A DNA stretch of 64,000 bases from Amphiscolops sp. MND2022 (lineage: Eukaryota), in NCBI GenBank assembly GCA_964187785.1, contig OZ076409.1:98210001-98274000 (forward strand), in the 5' to 3' direction. The position numbers and the translations under genes are program-made. Positions 62,576 to 64,000 of the stretch are shown here, piece after piece (position 1 is the first letter of the stretch; each line of letters begins with the position of its first letter). The notes under the pieces are model-generated. The model had not been told where the DNA came from, ran no database searches, and saw nothing but the letters and a program-made list of their open reading frames with translations.

Positions 62576-63510
62576 GTAAGTAGACACAATTTCCGACACA
62601 ACTTTTCCTGAAATATTTCGACTAGCCCGATTGAAAGTAAAAGCTTCTTTCATAACAGGAGGTTAACGTCTATTGGAATAGTTTTTTCCTTCCAACAAAC
62701 AATTTTTCACACATTTTGACTGTAAATATGTTCGAATTAATTCCTTTTTGTGATTCAAAACAGGAAGCTGTTGATTTCTTTATCAAGAATGCGTGATTTC
62801 ATAGGAAAAAAAATAGTGAACACAGTTGATACCTCAAATCCAAGCTGTCACTCTGACATTTAACATTTGTATTCAAGTCTTTTTGTTATAAGATTTTCAC
62901 TATTTTTCCAAACAATATGGTGGTGGGGGGAACAGAAAAGAGCCCGCAATTTTCACTGGAATTTTTTCGTCAGAGAATTTTGTATTGTATTGTTTTAAGG
63001 GGTGACACGTGCTACTTTTTAAATGAATAGCTGACTTTGAAGACATTTTGAAGCTTATGCTCAGCTTGATGAAACAAGATGTCATTTTGTTGGCTTGTGT
63101 CACCAGAAGCCAATTTATGTGCATTTCGTTTTATATGCAAAACATCTACCAATCAGAAATTTGTCAAAGTTTTCGAAGATTTCCAGCGTTTATCTGATAA
63201 AACCACCAGTTTTAAACCTTTTCAATAGCCAGCGACTCTAGTGTAGTGCCTGAGAATAATCACCAATCGGGACATTTAAACTTTTGTAATTAGAACGTGA
63301 AGGAGCTCCGAAATTAGACTGGAAATATGGAATTTCTCAAAACGTTTCAGATTACTTAATTCATTCAGTTTGTTTTTTTAGCGTGTGTTAGTCGTACAAA
63401 TTTTTTGACTTGACAACTCGGGTGATTTGACAAAAAACGGGTAATCCAGTGGAAAATTCTCAGCTCGTTCCATAGACATTTACATTGATGTGACCTGCTG
63501 TACATTTCAG

Positions 63511-63687
63511 GAAAACCCAGAGAACGAAGTTACGAAAGCTTGTTTCAAGATGATGTCAGACAACATTAAACTGGGCAAGAACCCATGGGTCGTTTCAGCC
63601 ACGCTTTTTCCAGGACTACGAAAAATACTGACTTTCTTGAATCCAACCCTGGACCTGAATCTGGATGGTGCTTCTCTGGCTACAGAT
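63511..63687 (+). CDS. Cytochrome P450 next coding exon (3' boundary tentative); the gene continues beyond the window
   Basis: Acceptor TTTCAG|GAA in phase 0. ENPENEVTKACFKMM...LFPGLRKIL fits the CYP3 F-G region. Candidate donor GAT|GTGGGT. Confidence 0.75.
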
Positions 63688-64000
63688 GTGGGTTTTATGG
63701 CATTTAGTTTATAAAATCAAAATACAGCTTTTGCTTGACAGTTTCTTCCACTGAAATCCATCAGAGAAACAAGACAAAATGCAAACCTTTTTCAAGCAGT
63801 AGTTACTGTTAGCTCAGACGACTAATCGTTTTAAATAACCGGTTATCTTTCAACTGTCATCACAGTGTCAAAAAAGTGATTTCCAACAAAAATTGTTGAG
63901 AAAAGTGGTTAAATACAATTCAATTAGATTTCATTACAAAAAGTAGCTTCCGCGAATTTCCATCTTGACCAAAAATATGGCTGAAAATTATCAAAAGTCT

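Overview
AT-rich, repeat-dense eukaryotic (metazoan-like) DNA with one 200-N gap (7205-7404); the species cannot be determined from the sequence. The only host gene found is the 5' part of a CYP3-clan cytochrome P450 on the + strand (coding exons at ~53101/53193-53453, 62200-62575, 63511-~63687). Three LTR retroelements are complete with target-site duplications (TSDs): a BEL/Pao deletion derivative (1119-7132), a long-LTR Gypsy derivative lacking RT/RNase H/integrase (45435-52908), and a near-intact A-rich Gypsy with a WLDD RT motif inside the P450 intron (55241-61066). Also present are an old degenerate Gypsy (~34860-41810), a ~4.08-kb tandem duplication, a ~8-kb higher-order satellite built from DINE/HINE-like modules, Merlin- and MULE-type MITEs, and tRNA-derived SINE heads. 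The most unusual system is the 'MPSTR' Gypsy lineage. Its 1.5-kb LTR carries a TATA box, the ATG and 183 codons of Gag, which read through the primer-binding site (PBS). The same LTR starts with the tail of an unknown Cys-motif accessory ORF that reads through the polypurine tract (PPT). A diverged relative of this Gag N-terminus is open at 1-588. All family assignments come from manual motif recognition, not database searches.
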